This document shows positions 26,011 to 40,170 of a DNA stretch of 64,000 nt, piece by piece. Each line of letters begins with the position of its first letter. The first letter of the stretch is position 1. The notes beneath the pieces were generated by a model. That model saw only the letters and a program-made list of their open reading frames with translations. It was not told the origin of the DNA and searched no databases. Where the stretch lies: positions 25,156,969 to 25,220,968 of the forward strand of contig NC_057739.1 in the NCBI RefSeq assembly GCF_004010195.1. The letters run 5' to 3'. The stretch is from Chiloscyllium plagiosum. Its lineage: Eukaryota. A program made the position numbers and the translations under genes.

Positions 26011-27489
26011 GTTATTTTAAACCTTTTCTTCCCAGTGCCTTTCATTTCGCAATGCTGGAGTCCTGTTGCATGAAGACAGTCTTAATCAAGTATTGTCAGG
26101 GTAGTAGTGACAGAAAGTAATGATGCTGGTATACACATTGAGGAGATAAGTGGGCAGTGATACTTGAAAATATGTTCCTGCGATTACTCTCCAGTGCTGA
26201 CTCCCCCAGCATCAAATCAGCAAAGAGGCAGAGAGATATTCTGGCGCTGTAATATTTTATTCTCAAAATATACACACTGCAGAAGCAATGAAATATGTAG
26301 AAACAAATTTAACTTCAGAATAAACAGAAATAAAAAAATTAGAAATGCGTGGAACCAGTACAATACCCTCAAATATTCTTTAATAGATGGTACAATATAA
26401 CCTAAAGATTTTGATTGGTTGACGATTTGCCTGAAGAATTGACTTAAGGATATGCAGAATAGAACAAAATAGTAACAGTCGATGGATCAATCCCTTCCCT
26501 GGCAACAGAAAAGAACAAGAACAAACTGTTGCATTCAAAACAAACCAAACCCAAAATTCTTAAGTAGCAATTGAAACAATTATCAGTGTTGCATGTCGTT
26601 AGAGCAGAAATTGTTTGCTTCCATTAAGATAACTGGCAACAGTGAATTTTCCAGTTGGCTTCATGATGCAATGAGGAAGCTCACAATAGGTCAAGTGATC
26701 CTTGGGTCTTCGTACAATTGTTACCCTTCACTCAAGCGGATGACATGCTGGCTCATCACTACAGTGTTATTAGCAGCCTTTGTGATTTACATTATTGTCA
26801 GCATCTCCACCAGGAAGCAGCTAAAAATTTCTACAATATCAACTCGTTTCATTAAGTTCATGGTCACTTGTAATAGAGCGTTAAGATAATTATACAATTT
26901 GGTGCTTTAAAATAAAATCACAATGTAAAATGAAGAGCATCCTCAGCAAGAGTAATTTAGGAACCCCGTTTATGAACTTTGATCAAAACTGGTTATTTAA
27001 ACATACAAATTGGCTCTGTAGTGTAATATATGCGAACCCATATTTGTTAGTAAGTAATGTGAACTGGATTTGGTGCCAAACAATAAACATTGGAAAGGTT
27101 CTCGTTTCAGTTCCCGGTCAGCCAAGAGTTAGTTGGGATGCCACAAGGATTGGCAAGGGTTAGCTTCACAGTTGTTATCAAAGCCCACACTTGGTAGCTC
27201 TTAAAGCACCCACCACTGAGTTGTCTGCTGGCACTCATTGCCTAGGCTCACACACAAAGGACATGGATATTAGACAGAGGCATGTCCCCGGAGGGGATTT
27301 AAGGAGAAAAAGCGAAAATATGCTTGCAAAATGGGTGTAACACAGTTGAATTTAGATATAAAACAAATAAATTAGAAAGCACACCCTCCAAGGGATTCAC
27401 ACTTCATTGAAGAATTTGATCCTTTTCTTAAGCATGTCAGGTTATCTCTGGCTTTGTCCAAAAGTTATTGAACCCGGGACAAAGCCTTC

Positions 27490-27890
27490 TGCTCCATCCA
27501 GGCTATGCCTGCTTTTTGATTGAGCTCTCCAATGAATCCCAATCCCCAATTCCTTCCCCATAACCATGGGTTTCTTTTCTCATGAATTTATCCATTTTGC
27601 TATTGAATGTTACTAATGACTTGGATGCCATTAGCCTTTCAGATAGTGCATTCCGGATCACAACAACATACTGCTGTTTATTTATGTTGCCTCTTGTTCC
27701 TTTGACAATCATTTTAAACCCTGGTTACCTACCCTTCTGCCAATGGGAACAGTTTCCCCTTATGTACACTAACGCCCCTATTAAAACTTTTCTTAACTTT
27801 GTCTGCTCCAAGGAAAAGAGCTATAGCTTCTCTTGTCTATCCAAAAAAAACCAAAGTCACTGACCTTTGGTACAATCTAGTAAACCTCAT
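27490..27890 (-). mobile_element. Old CR1 3' fragment
   Basis: VIRNALSERLM..TFNSKMDKFM resembles the CR1 C-terminus. Confidence 0.6.
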
Positions 27891-27923
27891 CACCTGAATT
27901 AGTCCTGATTAAATCTCATGGAG

Positions 27924-28254
27924 TTAGATTAGATTCACTACGGTGTAAAAACAGGCCCTTTGGCCCAACAAATCCACACCACCCTGCAAAGAGTAACCCA
28001 CCCAGACCCATTTCCCTACCCTATATTTACTCCTGACTAATGCATCTAACATTATGGGCAATTTAGCATTGCCAATTCTCCTGACCTGCACATCTTTGGA
28101 CTGTGGGAGGAAACTGGAAAACCCAGAGGAAGCCCATGCAGACATGGGGAGAACGTGCAAACTCCACACAGACAGTCACCCGAGGCTGGAATTGAACCGG
28201 GGGATTCTGATGCTGTGAGGCAGCAGTGCTAACCACTGACCTATAGTGCCGTCC
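27924..28254 (-). mobile_element. HE1 SINE
   Basis: Reverse complement of the full HE1 head, core and tail. Confidence 0.92.
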
Positions 28255-29904
28255 CATGATCATTGGCTTGAAACCAGTTGTTTCTTTTTGCCTAAAACTA
28301 CATCGCTCAATTGTTGCACATTGTTTTCTTTTCTTCACAAAACCTCTGATAGCAAATTATGTCAAAATTCCATTGACTGCAAGCACTTGAGGGTGAAGGG
28401 AAATGAGTCACATCTGAATCAGTTCGATCTGATTTTCAGTAAACCACAGAGACTGTCACATGCGGGAGTGGGATAAAGGTGAGTGAGACAAATTTGAGGA
28501 CCGACGGGAGTGAGGAACAGAGAAGGTAGGAAACATTGAAAGGTCTTGAAGAAAATGAGGACAGTCAAAGGACAGAACCCTTGAGGGCTGGCTTGCCTGA
28601 GGAATCATTTCTAGCAATGGTCAGTCCCATCAGTAGAAAAAGAAGAGACATGTAGGAACAACAATCCAAAGAAAAGTCAATGCAAAAATTATATTGCTTT
28701 TTAAAATTATTTGCAAGGTTTCTTTTTTTTCTGCAAAACTTACAAGTGATTTTGTTGTCTGATTTGTTTTGAGAAGTTATTCCTACTGTCAGCTTACTCA
28801 GTCACAGGGCAGTACAGCTATAAGACAGTGGGAAAATGTTTGCTCACTAACCAGTTTTTAAACATTCCTCATCATCCATTTGTGAAGCTGATGTTGGTTT
28901 CCCTGCTGGATTATTAACTTACTATGCAGTTTTGGTTGCTATTTAATGGTATCTTTTTTAAAAAGCCATTTACACATTTGGAACAGCCTTATAATTGCTC
29001 TTTATATAAATGTTTTCAAATGTAAAATTGGTCATCAGAGTACAGAATACTGAAGTTTAAGCATTTTCTTATTCTGATGTTAATTGTTTCACTAATTGGC
29101 AATTTACAGCATGATGTATTCCTGTGTTGAGTAGAGCTGCTCAAAGCTATTATTAGTGCAATGTAGATCAGGTCAACAAATCCTCTCCAATATGGTAATT
29201 TCCTCTGCGTGGGTGAAGAGATAACAAAGTGCTTGTGGAAGCTGATGAAGCTCTTTTAACACAAAAAGAATCAAAATTGTTGTCATTCATGGCAAACTTC
29301 AATAACTTCACATTTTTGTGGGGGCAAGATAAAAGTTTCTTATTACTGAGGGAGGATGGGCAGGTCAAACACTGCTGGTCAGCGTTATCAAGCCTGAGCT
29401 GTTAGTTTGCAGAGGCAAACCTTTAATTCTTCACTGACACTTTCAAGAGGTAGAATTTCTCAAACCTCAGTACCAGGTATTGCTGCATATCACATTCTTT
29501 GGTTGCGTTGACGACAAACAGGAAAGCTGTAGCCAATTGGTAAAGAGAATGCAAGATATCTGATTAAAAAAACTCTATTGTAGGGTGTTCCATTTGCACA
29601 CCAACTATTTATCAAATCTATTAACTTATTCTGGAAGACTTTGTTAGTTTAGTTTACACGTTGCTGGCAATCATAGTTACCTAATATCAGCTGTACTCCA
29701 CTTGTGTTGGATTTTTCAAAAAATCAAGTATCATGTTGTGTTGCACAAGTTGGTGCACATACAGACTTTAGAACAAATCAGATTTTGAAGCATAAGGCAT
29801 GCACGGTAAGCAGTCAGGGTGTGATCTTTCATTTTCCATCAGTAAGTAGATGATCCTACACATTAATACCCAAGCTGTGAATTCATGATTCCAGTTTGGC
29901 TGTT

Positions 29905-30370
29905 TTTTTTCACTCATTTATAGAATATGGCCAGGCCAGCATTCATTATCCATCTCTAATTGCACAGAGGACAGTTAAAGGTCAACCACATTGCTGTGAG
30001 TTTGGAGTCACGTTTCTTCCCTAAAGGACATTAAGAGGCATTTGGATGGGTACATGAGTAAGAAGGGTTTGGAGGGATATGGGCCGGGTGCTGGCAGGTG
30101 GGACTAGATTGGGTTGGGATATCTGGTTGGTCTGGACAGGTTGGACCGAAGGGTCTGTTTCCATGCTGTACATCTCTATGACTCTAGTGATGCAGATCGA
30201 TTTTTCCCACAACAATTGACAATGGTTTCATTGTCATCATTATATTCTTATTTCCAGATTTTTACTGAATTCAAATTCCACCATCTACTGTAGCAGAATT
30301 TGAATCTAGGTCCACATAACATTACCTGGGGTCTCTGGATTAATTGTCTATCAATAACACCACTAGGTCA
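29905..30370 (-). mobile_element. SINE family C with a plus-strand CR1 3' end (about 30032-30185) inserted
   Basis: SINE ctaaaggacatta|gtga split by aagaggcatttggatggg..ctctatgactct. Confidence 0.85.
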
Positions 30371-31199
30371 TTCCATTGTCCTTTGTGAAGGCCTCCAAGA
30401 ATAGATGGCATAACCAAGGTGTGGATCACTTGGTCTCTACACTCTCCAGTGCATCTGAATGGCTGGTTTCAGAGAGGCTGAAAAAGCTGTGAAAGCTGAA
30501 GAACGAAGAGAACAAGACAAATAGGCTGCAGACAAGAGCAGACAAAGAGAGGATAGTTCTTCAATGATTGGACTAAATTTAAACCTACTTTTAAAAAACG
30601 GTGACATTTTTTGTGTCTGTGATCATTAGGATGTTAGAGCAGAGAATAGGGAATATTCTATTTTAGGCATCCAATGTAGATGTGAACTATTCCCAGTTTG
30701 GGTGTAACATTGGTGGATTTACATTTAGTAGGTTAGTAAACTTATGCCTGCACTATAAAGGGGATATGTGTGGTCCCAGGAACATGATGCAGCAGCTTAA
30801 AAGGAAAATGGAAATATCTTACAAATTACCCTTTGGATCTTTCAACCTTTGCTTTCTAGGAGTAGTTAGATAGACCTGCACACTCACATGTTGTGGTAAA
30901 TTGTTGTGGTAAAACATGCACACTCACATTCAACTCTCCTCTCTTTTTCTGGCAAAGGCCCCTAAACTGAGAAATATCTGTGTCATGTTAATAGTATAAG
31001 AAAATAGTTAGTAGATAAGAAAATCTGATACATGTGAGCGTGCTCCTGTCAATCTGCAGGGGCTGGAAGGAGTGTTGGCTTGAACAATAGGCCAATAGAG
31101 CATTAAAGGGACGGATTTTCAATTCATGTTAAGAATCCTACACCCAGCCAATTTCTAAGTGGCACTCACACATTGCTTTTCCTTAATCTATTCCCAGAG

Positions 31200-32235
31200 T
31201 AATAAAGGATGTGGTTTTGGAAACATTAGATGTGTTGGTGATCTTCATTCAATATTCTATAGACTCTGGATCAGGTTCTCCAGATTGGAATGTGGCAAAT
31301 GTAACCTCAATATTTAAACAAAGGAATGAGAGAGAAAATAAAGAGAAATATGGGACAGTTACCCTAATATCAGTCGTGGGAATATGATCGTGATGTGACA
31401 ACAGAACACTTGCAAAGCACTGGATGAAGTCAGCATAGCTTTATAAAAGGGAAATCATGCTTAACTAATTTCCAGATGTTTTCTGAGGATGTAATTATTA
31501 GAATAGAAAAGGGAGACAAGTGAGTATGATGTATTTTGATTTTGAGAAGGCTTTTGATTAGGTCCCACATAAAAGGCTTGTAGGCAAAATTAAAGTACAT
31601 GGGATTGGGGTAATATAGTGGCATGTATCAAGAATTGGTTGACAGATTGGAAACAGAGTAGGCATAAATGGATCTTTTTCCAGGTGGTGTGTGGTGACTA
31701 GGGGTGTACTGCAACTGTGGTTAGTCTGGGACCCCAGCTATTCATGGTGTATATATATATGGCCTGAATGAGGGAATCAAATGCAACATTTCCAAATATG
31801 TTGATGACACTAAACTAGATGGGATTGGGAGTTGTGAGTAGGATGCAAGGAGACTTCAGGGTTATCTAGACAAATAGAGTATGTGGTTAAACACATAACA
31901 GATGTAGTATAATGTGGATAAATATGACGTTATACACATTGGTATGATGTACAGAAAGCAATGTTTAAATGGTAATACATTGGGAAATGTGAATGTACTA
32001 AGGGATCTGGGTGGTCAACCTGTGGAATTCGCTAATACAGTAGGCTGTGGAGATTGGGTTGTAGAGAATGTTCAAGAAAGAGATTGTTAAATTTTTGGAT
32101 TTGAAAGGTATTAAAGGGTGTGGAGGGAAAGAGATAAGATGGCATTGAGATAGAGAATCAGCCATGATCATATTGAATGATAGAGCAGATTTGACAGCCT
32201 AAACTGTCTACCTGTGCTCCTAGTTTCTATGATTC
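31200..32235 (+). mobile_element. Old CR1 RT fragment
   Basis: Degenerate GKSCLTN, DFEKAFD.VPH and SKYVDDTKL motifs. Confidence 0.85.
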
Positions 32236-32689
32236 TACTTACTGCCATTGTGTGTGAACATGCTGATGAGAATGATTGTCAAAGTTAGATGGCAGCCATG
32301 ATGGGGCCTGCTGCTAGCAGAGAGTAGGCAAAACATTTAATGGCCTAACTGCACAGAGAGGTGACCAAACAGCCAACTGTAAGGTACCAAAACCTATATC
32401 ACAAAAAAACACTTTGTGGCAATTTTCTTTCTCATTGAAATGTAATTAATTACTCCTAGCATTGAACACAGCAGATTCTGTGCCATAACAGACATCAGAT
32501 TGGTGAGATTAGGTAGGTTGCAAATTGAAAGTTGCTGGCCTTCCTGGTCCATTAATAAGCTCCTCAAGGAGCTTAACAGAACATTAATTGAAGGCCAGAG
32601 GGTTCTTGGCTTCACTAACATACCATTGAGGAGCACTATGCTGCTCCTGCTCCTAATTAACAATCCTGACCAAAGAGACTTTTGTACCT

Positions 32690-33060
32690 GGTATGGGTCA
32701 AATCTCAGAACAGAAGACAGAGCACACAATTGCTACTGAAGGAATGCTACACAGAGTTATAATTGTTCAGTTGAAATTTTAAACCAATGTTCTGTCTGCT
32801 GTCTTAGATGTCATGATACCTTTTGAAGGACAAAGAGTTATCTTGACGTTTCGAAGTGCAATAAACCTTCAACCACCATCATTAAAAAGAGATTATCTGT
32901 TCATGTATTAATTTGTTACTTGTGAGATCTTACATTTTGGCTGCCAGGTGTCTCTGCACTGTAAGAATGTACACTTCCAGATGTTCTTTATTGGCTGTGG
33001 TTGTACAGGAGCTATCTTAGATTGTGAAAGGTTATACAAGTGCAAGTTCTTTTTTCTTTT
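32690..33060 (+). mobile_element. DeuSINE (SacSINE1/AmnSINE-like), old
   Basis: ttaaaccaatgttctgtctgct..gattatctg..ttggctgcc..acacttc..ttattggctgt..tgcaagttcttt match the recalled Deu-domain and tail. Confidence 0.55.
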
Positions 33061-33177
33061 CATTGCAAAGCCCCTCGCACATGAAGTTGCAAATAATGTA
33101 ACTTACATTTTTTCTCTGACTATAATGGAAATGAGTCCCAGCTTTATGTTTTCAGAAACAGTGTTTTCAGAGACTGA

Positions 33178-33370
33178 GGAGAAAGTGAGGACTGCAGATG
33201 CTAGAGATCAGAGCTGAAAATGTGTTGCTGGAAAAGCGCAGCAGGTCAGGCAGCATCAAAGGAACAGGAGAATCGACTTCCTGAAGAAGGGCTTATGCCC
33301 GAAACGTCGATTCTCCTGTTCCTTGGATGCTGCCTGACCTGCTGCGCTTTTCCAGCAACACATTTTCAGC
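33178..33370. mobile_element. Palindromic PLE cassette, family A
   Basis: About 65-bp near-perfect inverted arms around a hammerhead; 14-bp TSD ttttcagagactga at 33164-33177 and 33371-33384. Confidence 0.92.
33278..33312 (+). ncRNA. Minimal type-I hammerhead ribozyme motif, intact core
   Basis: uuc-CUGAAGA-A-GGGC-uuau-GCCC-GAA-ACGU-C|ga; palindromic ACGU helix III; predicted cut after 33308. Confidence 0.8.
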
Positions 33371-34520
33371 TTTTCAGAGACTGACCAAAGCTGCTCCAGT
33401 GGATCTGGTTTGTTTATTGTCTATTTAAATGTACAAAAATGTAATAGATCAAAAGGCAAAAATTGCAATGCACATCAGCTGCTGGCAAGCAGACAGGGAA
33501 TAGTGTGATGCATGGTATAAGAGAAGATAGTTGATCTACTGAGTAATTCTCCATAAGCTTACTGCTGGTTTGTTCTCATGCAGACCTGACCCTGGATCAA
33601 AATCTGACCTCCGCAATGCAGCTTCCATATGGTATCTGAAGCTCTGATCTTAAGGTCATAATTAAGATCTCAAATACAGGGAGGTGAGTATGATTTGAAT
33701 CAGACTGCTATTATCTTCATGTTAATATGATTACCTACAAATTTATGTTTTATCATATTTCATATTCTCTAGCTGCTTTTCCTTTCAATTAATTTATCTC
33801 CTGCCCTATCCAGCTGCTTGAGAGGATAGATAACAATCTTGTCCACTGTAACTAGCCTCAGACTTAAGTACTACTGACAAACTAATGGCTTGGACTAATA
33901 TGGCCCATAGATTTTCAATTGTTAGGAGATAGCATGAACGATTCCTGCAAACTACCTGTGCAAATCAGATTTCTGAAGGAATACATTTATTTTCATACCA
34001 TTCACATACAATGCAAATTATCATGAGCAGAATAATTACAACAATTGTGAGATTCAGATATACCTGTACTTGTTTTTAAGTGTTTTTCAGAGAGGGAGAG
34101 GAATAGGCACCTGTTTGAACATTAGCTCCCCTACAAGAAGAGAGGGTCATGCCATACTGATGTGAGAGTTAACAAGAACTGAAGGGGTTTGAAATATTCC
34201 AAAATCTGACCTGACTCAGACCATTTGTTTATACCTGCATTTCTCCCTGTCTGAGGGATGAGAAGATCTCCCAGCAGTAGTCAAAGATCAAATATGCTTC
34301 AATTTGTTAAAAGACATTCCATGATCTGAAACTAATGCTATGATTGATGATGGGGAAATGGTTTGCGTTTCATCAGTTCTGTATAGAATGGGAAAGAATG
34401 ATTTTCTTTACAGCTGTTTAATATTTTAGTTTATACTTTTCTCACTATTATGACCATGATTGAACTTTGCTATTCTTACAGGTGCTCAAATCACTGAGTT
34501 TACTTACCCTGTTGATCAAT

Positions 34521-34597
34521 AACATTCTAATTCTAAATGAGTCTGTTTTGGATGGTTTAACATTCTAACTTCTAAATGAGTCTGTTTTGGATGGTTT
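34521..34597. repeat. 38/39-bp tandem duplication
   Basis: aacattctaa(c)ttctaaatgagtctgttttggatggttt x2. Confidence 0.95.
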
Positions 34598-37179
34598 CTG
34601 CTTGACTGTAGCATGTACTACATTAACACAGTGGTATTTATGAGTGAACAATATACTGAATAAATCTTTACTGGGATTGATATTGGGTGCGTTAGGGTAT
34701 CTTAACCCCTTCTCCCCAAAATTTGTATTAGTCATAGAATTTGCATGATGTACTTCAGTAGAAAGCAATAAAGTTTGTGCTGTTTGGAAGCAGAAGAAAG
34801 ACATTTGATATGGGCACATGTGCTCACTGCACTGTAAGAGCTGCTACTCATGATGAAGATTGCTGCCAATGTCCTTTTCAAATATAGGAAATGACAGGAT
34901 TTGTTTGGTCTATGGTGGCCAAGGACAATAATTTTCTGATCTCACTCGAAGTATCTCTTGTAGTTGACGAGATAGAGTTTATTGTGTGTTAGTAACCTAT
35001 AACAGGTTAATGATGCAAGCTTATGATATATTATTTTATTTGAGAACTTGGATTCTAAAGTACAGGTCAACAAATTTTTGGTTTTCAGTGTTGTGAAGTC
35101 TGATTTTTTTTTTCAGAAAGGGGCAGAAAGTCATTTGGAACAGTGAGTAAAAACAGGCTTTTCCAAGAAATCATGTGAGATAAGCTGAGTGACTAGATGA
35201 CCTCCCTAGTGAGATACGAGCTAGAGTGTTTATTCAGTGGAACTTTCATAGCCTGTAGATATAATTAATCAAGGGGCATAAGTAGGTTGAACCTTTAATA
35301 CATGTGTTACTTCTAAGTTCATTGAAGAAACCTGATCTCTTTTGTTCTTGATAACAACAACTTTGGGAAACATATTACCATTTTGGTGGTTTACAAGTCA
35401 TTTATATTTTTGGTATGACGCGGAATAATGGGGTTTGATATCCAACATCACCTCTCATCAAAGTTGTAACTTTACAGTTCGATCCTGTGAGTATGACTTT
35501 GTTAGATAGTTGCTTGACTAATCTGTGTGACAGCTCTTGCAATTCACACACATGTCTCCAGAAATTACGAAAGAGGACTTCACAAGATGGAAGAGATGTA
35601 TTTCTTATTGTTGTTTCCAATGCTTAGTTTTGCTGTTGGGTGGCCCATGCAGTTTTACTCCTTTCTCTAGACTTGGCAGTGGTTTGATACAGTCAGAGAC
35701 TTGCCAGCCTAGCTCAGATAATGATTAGGGTCAACCACATCAACCTTGGCCTGAAGTTGTACGTGGGCCAGACTAGGTAAGGACAGCAGATTTCTTATCT
35801 TAAAGGACATTAGCTTAATTGACCCATTGCTGAAACTGACTCTTCTTGCCAAAATGTACCATGTCTTTCTAATGTGACTATATGTTTTAATTGCTTATCA
35901 GAATTGCATTTTGCTATAATAGCAGTCCAGTTGCTCCTAGGTCTGAACTGGAGAGTTTCCCTATGTGTAGCAGCTAAAAATGAAGGATTCCTACCTTCTT
36001 ACAGCTGAGACAGAGAATTTCTACTCTGCATGGTTAAAATGGGAGAGTCCTCCTTTTTTTTGCAGCTTCACTGTGTCAATCATGCTGATTGCAGCCTTAA
36101 TAAAAACTTCAAACAGTATTCTACTGAATGATTCCTGTTCCTTGCAATTTAAGTAAATGATTTCTTCCTTCTTTGCAGCTTTTCTGAAGATCTCCAGCCT
36201 TTTCATGGCCTGAATAAAGTCTCCCCAATTTATTGTTCCCATTATACTAAGTCTGTTTAGACTTTTAATCTCCCCAGAGTTATTGCTTAATTGCATGGCT
36301 TTGTAATGACCCCCTGTGACCTTGACTAATTTTCCTTTCATGACCTTTTACTTCTGTATCTGTGTCTTATGGTGCTTGCTTTCTATGGCAGTCACGTTTG
36401 ATCTAGGAATTACACTATTTTTACCTTCTCTTCTTTTCCACCCTGGATGACTCCTCTGTTAAAGGTTTTCCCAGCCCATGTAGGATTTTAAGCTTTATTC
36501 ATGGACCCTCCAATGTCTGTTCATTTACCACCAAACTCTGACATGGTCGTGCTCCCACACACTACAGCCTCACAATGAAGCCTATAACTGTTCTGCAGTT
36601 ACCAATTCCTCTTCTCTCGGGAGTTGTTAACTCTCCTGTTGTGGAGCATTGCTTGTCAGGTTTGAAAGACTTTTACCAATCTTGCAGTATTCTCTCTTGA
36701 TAAAGGTTACCACATGAGTTTCTTCTGCAAGGTTCTTAAATCTTCAATTCTTCCCTGCTGCTGACTAGATTGGAGACTTAAATCTGAGTTTAAAGATTGA
36801 ACACCATTGCTCGCCATGTGTTGTCTGAGCAGTCAAAGCAAATCTGTACTGCTGCCTAACATGTTGTAAAAGGAATGTCAGCTCACTACAGTACATGAGT
36901 TGTTTGTAATGAAGGTGATGTTCCCCCCCCACCTCCTGTTTCAATGTAGCAAACCACAGACTGTTTGGTCAAGTATGGGAAAAAAAGCACAACTTGGTCT
37001 AACTAGCGGAATCTCTTGTAGTTAACAAGATATAGGTCATTGCATGTTCGCAAATAGTTACAAGTTATATTGATATGAAAAACATTTTCATGGAGAGTTT
37101 GAGGAGGACACAGATGTTAGGTCTTGCTTTTTTTGAATCCTAAGCTACTCTGTCCACAAGTTAATATGCTGTATTGTGC

Positions 37180-38850
37180 AGGAAGTGTTGGAATTGATAA
37201 TTTTAGAGTTTATAGCCGCACACTTAGAAAACCAATAGGGAAGAGTCATCATTGATTCATCAAAAGAATATCATGTTCATACCAATTTATTGGAGTTCTT
37301 CAAAGGAGTTACATGTTTGAGCCTGTGCATTACTGCTTCTGCTGGGAACCCTAATATTGGTGATCCCATGATGTTCCATTGATTGTAGGTCTTGTTATTA
37401 AATATAAAGTGGATGGTGAGGCACAGGTCTACTAGCTTGAGGATGTTGTCTTTGCTGATGAAGTTGGTGCTGTCTGGTGTTTGTGTCCTTGGTTCCTAAA
37501 TACTCAACTACAGAAGCAGTCATTCCAACACCCACAAACTGAGCTGCAACAGGACATGAGTCCAACGAGTCACCACACACCACAGCACCCAGGAACTGCA
37601 AACAGCAGAAGAAAAATACCTACACAGCATATTCTGGAAGAATGGGTACCCAACAAACACAGTCTGCTGATTTCTCAACAACAAACCCAAACAAGTAGAC
37701 ACAACAGGCCCAGAAACCCCAGCCACACCACCTTACATCAAAGACATCTTGAAAATGATTTTCAGACTACTCAGACCCCATGGCACCATGGTAGCCCACA
37801 AACCCACCAACAGATCCAAATAGTGGCTGATGAACCCAAAGGACCCTATACAAACAACCAGCAAATCGAATGTCATTTACAAATACCCTTCAAGGACTGT
37901 AATAAACATTACATTGGATAGACAGGCAGGAAACTAGCCACCAGGATACACCAACACCAACTAGCCACCAAAAGACATGACCCACTATCACTTGCATTCT
38001 TACATACAGATAAAGGAGAACACCATGTGTGGAGTAACTGCACTTGGATTTTCAGAAGGCATCTCATAAGATGCCACATCAGAGGTTATTGCAGAAAATT
38101 AATGTTCACAATATAGTGAGTAACATACTGTCATGGATAGAGGATTGGCTGGCTGGCCAAAAATAGAACATATGCATAAGATGGTCTCTGTTCTGGCAAC
38201 AGGATGTGACAACTGCACAGGGATCTCTGCATGTGTTGGGGCATTATCTTTTTCCAATTTGCATCTAAGATTTAGGGAAGGGGTGAAAAGATATGGGAGA
38301 TACATTCACAAATGACACCAAGATAGGTAGAAAAGTATGTTAAAAAGAAGAGATGAAGAAGTGGCAGAAGGCTATAGGTAGGTTAAGTGAGTAGGCAAAA
38401 GCCTAACAGATGTGGGGAAATATAAAGCTATTCATTTTGGCATGAAAAATAAAAAAAGTACAGTAGTACTCAAAATGGAGAATAACTGCAGAATTCCAAA
38501 GTTCAGTAGGATTTAAGTGTTCAGGTGCATGCGTCACAAATTATGACTATGCAGGGACAGCACAGAATGAAAAGGCTAATGTCATGCTTTATTTTGAAAG
38601 TAATTGAACATAAAAGTAACAATGATATGCTTCAGTTATAGAGGACATTGATGAGACTATATCTTGAAACCTGTGTACAGAATGATACCTGAAATGAGTG
38701 AATTGTCTTGTGAGAATTGTTTGAACAGGTGGGCTTATTTCCACTGGAGTTTAAAAGAGTGAGGGACGATTTGATTGAAATGTACACACTCCTGAAGGGT
38801 CTTGACAAGGCAGACATGGAAAATTTGTTTCCTCTTGTGAAACACGAAAA
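37180..38850 (+). mobile_element. Old CR1 RT fragment (host of a PLE insertion)
   Basis: TNLLEFF..[insert]..LDFQKA..DDTK-like..RVRDDLIE. Confidence 0.75.
37315..38026. mobile_element. Penelope-like element fragment with 5' inversion: RT piece on minus (37315-37495), linker and GIY-YIG on plus (37496-38026)
   Basis: Minus: ILKLVDLCLTIHFIFNNKTY..MGSPILGFPAEAVMHRL. Plus: LNYRSSHSNTHK..KNGYP..VAHKP..NVIYK..KDCNKHYIG*TGRKLATRIHQHQLATKRHD. Confidence 0.9.
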
Positions 38851-39204
38851 GATCTGAAGGAGGGGTTAAATTATCTACTTCTGTTCCTGATTCATTTGTT
38901 TGTCTGACATAATCATAGCATGTGGTGCTTATGGCAGTCCTTACCATTAACCCTTTCAGACACATAATGCAACAGACCTCTGCAGAAATACACCAATTCT
39001 TCTCTTCACAAATATACTGGCAAAGACAGGTAGATAGAAGTTATCAGAGGCCTGTCTAGGATAATATCTGCATCATTCCTAAAATTATTTCAAGTAACAT
39101 GCGCACGAAAGTTCTCTACAAAAATAAAACAGTCTTTCTTCTAATTGTGCGTACTGACTGACTTGTTAGTTTGTGTATTGTATTTGTAAATTACTATAAC
39201 CTGT

Positions 39205-40170
39205 AGAGTCATAGAGTCATAGAGATGTACAGCATGGAAACAGACCCTTCAGTCCAACTTGTCCATGTCGACCAGATGTCCCAACCCAATCTGGTCCCAC
39301 CTGCCAGCACCCGGCCCATATCCCTCCAAACCCTTCTTATTCATATACACATCCAAATGACTTTTAAATGTTGCTATTGTACCAGCCTCCACCACTTCCT
39401 TTGGCGGCTCATTCCATACATGTACCACCCTCTGTGTGAAGAAATTGCCCCTTAGATCTCTTGTATATCTTTCCCCTCTCACCCTAACCCTATGCCCTTT
39501 TGTTTTGGACTCTCCCACCCCCAGGGAAAAGACTTTGTTTATTTATCTTATCCACACCCCTCATAATTTTGTAAACCTCTATAAGGTCATCCCTCAGCCT
39601 CCGATGCTTCAGGGAAAACAGCCCCAGCCTTTTCAGCCTCTCCCTGTAGCTCAAATCCTTGCGACTCTGCTTTCAAGGAGCTATGAACCTGCATTCCAAG
39701 GTCTCTTTGTTCAGCAACACTCCTTAGGACCTTACCATTAAGTGTATAAGTCCTGCTAAGATTTGCTTTCCCAAAATTTGCATTTATCTGAATTAAACTC
39801 CATCTGCCACTTCTCAGCCCATTGGCCCATCTGGTCCAGATCCTGTTGTAATCTGAGGTAACTCTCTTTGCTGTCCACTACACCTCCAATTTTGGTGTCA
39901 TCTGCAAACTTATTAACTGTACCTCTTATGCTCGCATCCAAATAATTTATGTAAATGGCAAAAAGTAGAGGACACAGCACCGATCCTTGTGGCACTCCAT
40001 TGGTCACAGGCCTCCAGTCTGAAAAACAGCCCTCCACCACAACCCTCTGTCTTCTATCTTTGAGCCAGTTCTGTACCCAAATAGCTAGTTTTCCCTGTAT
40101 TCTGTGAGATCTAACCTTGCTAACCAGTCTCCCACCGGGAACCTTGTCGAACGCCTTACTGAAGTCCACA
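39205..40170 (-). mobile_element. HER1/CR1 RT plus 3' end with an internal deletion near 39660
   Basis: [28 protein letters not shown]; (ctatgact)n tail. Confidence 0.97.

Noticed and set aside
36021-36341. 106-aa minus-strand ORF
   Set aside because: No recognisable motif or splice context; possibly an old TE but unsupported
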